Source of the DNA: a phage
NCBI GenBank assembly: GCA_023802575.1
Contig: GCA_023802575.1_3947.1
Strand: one strand, 5' to 3'
DNA length: 64,000 nt
This document shows positions 62,293 through 64,000 of the stretch, in pieces. Each line of letters opens with the position of its first letter. The first letter of the stretch is position 1. The notes under the pieces are model-generated. The model searched no databases. It saw only the letters and a list, made by a program, of their open reading frames with translations, and was not told the DNA's origin. A program made the position numbers and the translations under genes.

Positions 62293-62553
62293 ATGAAAAT
62301 TGAACACTGCTATGAGTCTGATGGAACACCTATTCGTTGTCCACATTGTGGGTGTACAGACTTACAAGGTGAGGTGAGTGAAATAGTCAACGGTCATATT
62401 GCTGAAGAGAGTACAAGATGTACAGGGTGTAGTGAAATTATTGCTTTCTGGGCTTACGGTTCATGCCAACCTACACCACACTTAATCTACCATAGCAATA
62501 AAGCTGTGAAGAATGTTATCAACTGGTTCATTAAGAGAGGGTTTACAAAATGA
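62293..62553 (+). CDS. small zinc-ribbon protein (86 aa)
   Basis: CPHCGC...CTGCSE cysteine pairs. Confidence 0.45.
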   Translation: MKIEHCYESDGTPIRCPHCGCTDLQGEVSEIVNGHIAEESTRCTGCSEIIAFWAYGSCQPTPHLIYHSNKAVKNVINWFIKRGFTK

Positions 62554-63095
62554 TTAAATTAATCTTTGCAAGTGGTGAAAATGGTGAGTTTGGTACTCCA
62601 ACTGGTATGCCGTGGCCTCGACATAAACAGGATATGCAAGAGTTTAAGAGACTCACTAAAAATAACTTAGTAGTGATGGGGAATGAGACTTTTAAGACTC
62701 TGGGTAGTAAACCTTTACCAGAACGTGCAAACCTCATCTTAACAAATTCTGTACCATACTTAGGCATAGACTTTGGCAAAGATGATGTAATGTATGCTAA
62801 AGCCAGTAAAGAATCCTTTGGAGCATTTTTGAACTATCTTGATAGCTCTATTGATGAAGATGTCTTTGTAATTGGTGGTGCAGGTGTCCTTGTCAATGCT
62901 TTACCGTATGCTGGTGTAGTTTTCCATACAGTTTTCCATAAAGTTACTGAAGAGGCCACTGTGCATTTACCTTTTGAAAACTTCTTTGAGAAGCTGTATG
63001 ATAACCGTGTATTTACAAAGGTACAGTCAAAACCATCAGAGGATGGTAAAGCAACCTTTGAAATTTATGTTCCACAAGTAAAAGGACACTTTTGA
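62550..63095 (+). CDS. frd: dihydrofolate reductase
   Basis: N-terminal IKLIFASGENGEFG...MPWPRHKQDMQEFKRLT...VVMG matches DHFR fold signature; immediately upstream of thymidylate synthase. Confidence 0.85.
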   Translation: MIKLIFASGENGEFGTPTGMPWPRHKQDMQEFKRLTKNNLVVMGNETFKTLGSKPLPERANLILTNSVPYLGIDFGKDDVMYAKASKESFGAFLNYLDSSIDEDVFVIGGAGVLVNALPYAGVVFHTVFHKVTEEATVHLPFENFFEKLYDNRVFTKVQSKPSEDGKATFEIYVPQVKGHF

Positions 63096-63096
63096 T

Positions 63097-63996
63097 ATGT
63101 CACAAGCAGATACAAGTTACAAAAATATCCTGAACCATGTTTTATCAGTCGGTGAACTGCGTACTACACGAACTGGAGATGTTATCTCTGCATTTGCTCC
63201 ACCACAATTTCGTTTTGATATGAGAACTGGTTTCCCACTATTAACATCTAAACAGGTGTTTACACGGCAAGTTATTGGGGAAGCTTTATGGTTCCTGAAC
63301 GGTGAGAATAAACTGGGTGAACTCCGTTACCGTACTTGGGGTGAAAATGACGGAGAACGTTGGACTATCTGGTCAGATGATTTCAAACGCTGGTTAAGCT
63401 CTAATTATTCTTCTGAACAAGATTGGTTAGAAGATGCAGGTGGAAGGATTTATGGGGTTCAGTGGAGAAACTTTGAAGGTCATAATGGTTGTGTTGTAGA
63501 CCAGTTAGAGACCTTAGTAACGAAGATGAAGGGTGATATCACAGACCGTTACATGCTTGTTAATGCTTGGAATGCAGCAGATATTGCAGCAAACTCAATG
63601 GCTTTAGCACCTTGTCATGTCCTGTTTCAGATTTATATTACTAATGAAGGTGAAGTAGATTTGCAATGGTATCAGCGTTCTGTAGACACCTTTTTAGGAC
63701 TTCCGTTTAACATTGCGTCTTATGGTTTTATTCTGGAAGTTCTTTGCAAGATGACTGGATATACTCCACGATACTTGATAGGTGTCTTTGGAGATACCCA
63801 GATTTATCAGAATCATATGAAGCAGGTTTATGAACTGATGAACAATGAAGAGTTTCATGCACCTACTTTTGAGATTGGTATACCACTTAATAATTTAAGT
63901 GACTTAAAACATCTTACTGCAAGCGACTTTATTGGTGGCATTAGTAACTACCAACATGCAGGAAAGATTGAAGCACCACTATCAGTAGGTAATTAA
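63097..63996 (+). CDS. thyA: thymidylate synthase
   Basis: active-site region MALAPCHVLFQIY (catalytic Cys); 299 aa; paired with DHFR. Confidence 0.9.
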   Translation: MSQADTSYKNILNHVLSVGELRTTRTGDVISAFAPPQFRFDMRTGFPLLTSKQVFTRQVIGEALWFLNGENKLGELRYRTWGENDGERWTIWSDDFKRWLSSNYSSEQDWLEDAGGRIYGVQWRNFEGHNGCVVDQLETLVTKMKGDITDRYMLVNAWNAADIAANSMALAPCHVLFQIYITNEGEVDLQWYQRSVDTFLGLPFNIASYGFILEVLCKMTGYTPRYLIGVFGDTQIYQNHMKQVYELMNNEEFHAPTFEIGIPLNNLSDLKHLTASDFIGGISNYQHAGKIEAPLSVGN

Positions 63997-64000
63997 AAAC

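Overview
This window reads as a 64-kb slice of a virulent tailed-phage genome, ~39% GC, with a gene set resembling Felix O1-like (Ounavirinae) myoviruses; that assignment is inference from gene content only, no search was run. Layout: (1) 1-5.2 kb, a minus-strand array of about 27 tRNA genes interleaved with a four-member family of structured repeat elements (R1-R4) and two membrane/hypothetical ORFs; (2) 5.4-7.2 kb, a vWA/MIDAS protein with a helical N-terminal region (Ro60/TROVE-like candidate); (3) 7.5-15.2 kb, a plus-strand block of small ORFs including a T4-lysozyme-like endolysin and a protein with three tandem Ig-like repeats; (4) 15.2-16.8 kb, an ORF-free region packed with CTTAACAG/CTAACAAG motifs; (5) 16.9-27.7 kb, minus-strand small genes each preceded by one of two conserved intergenic cassettes, including a PARP-like ADP-ribosyltransferase candidate, a TARG1-like macrodomain protein, an overlapping spanin-like pair and a secreted SLT-like transglycosylase; (6) 27.8-53 kb, minus-strand rIIB/rIIA-like genes, a NAMPT-like plus PRPP-synthetase-like pair (NARP1-like NAD+ reconstitution candidate), HNH and GIY-YIG nuclease candidates, nrdG, nrdD, glutaredoxin-like, nrdB, nrdA, RNase H/FEN, SSB-like, primase-helicase and dNMP kinase; (7) 53.3-64 kb, plus-strand family A DNA polymerase, ATP-dependent DNA ligase, DHFR and thymidylate synthase, with two genes flanked by unusual (GGTNN)n pentamer-repeat modules. 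tRNA coordinates are hand-derived and approximate (about +/-3 nt). The strongest candidates for a second look are the NAD+/ADP-ribose gene set (NARP1-like pair, macrodomain, PARP-like protein), the Ro60-like protein with the R-element RNAs, and the two classes of dense short-motif arrays.
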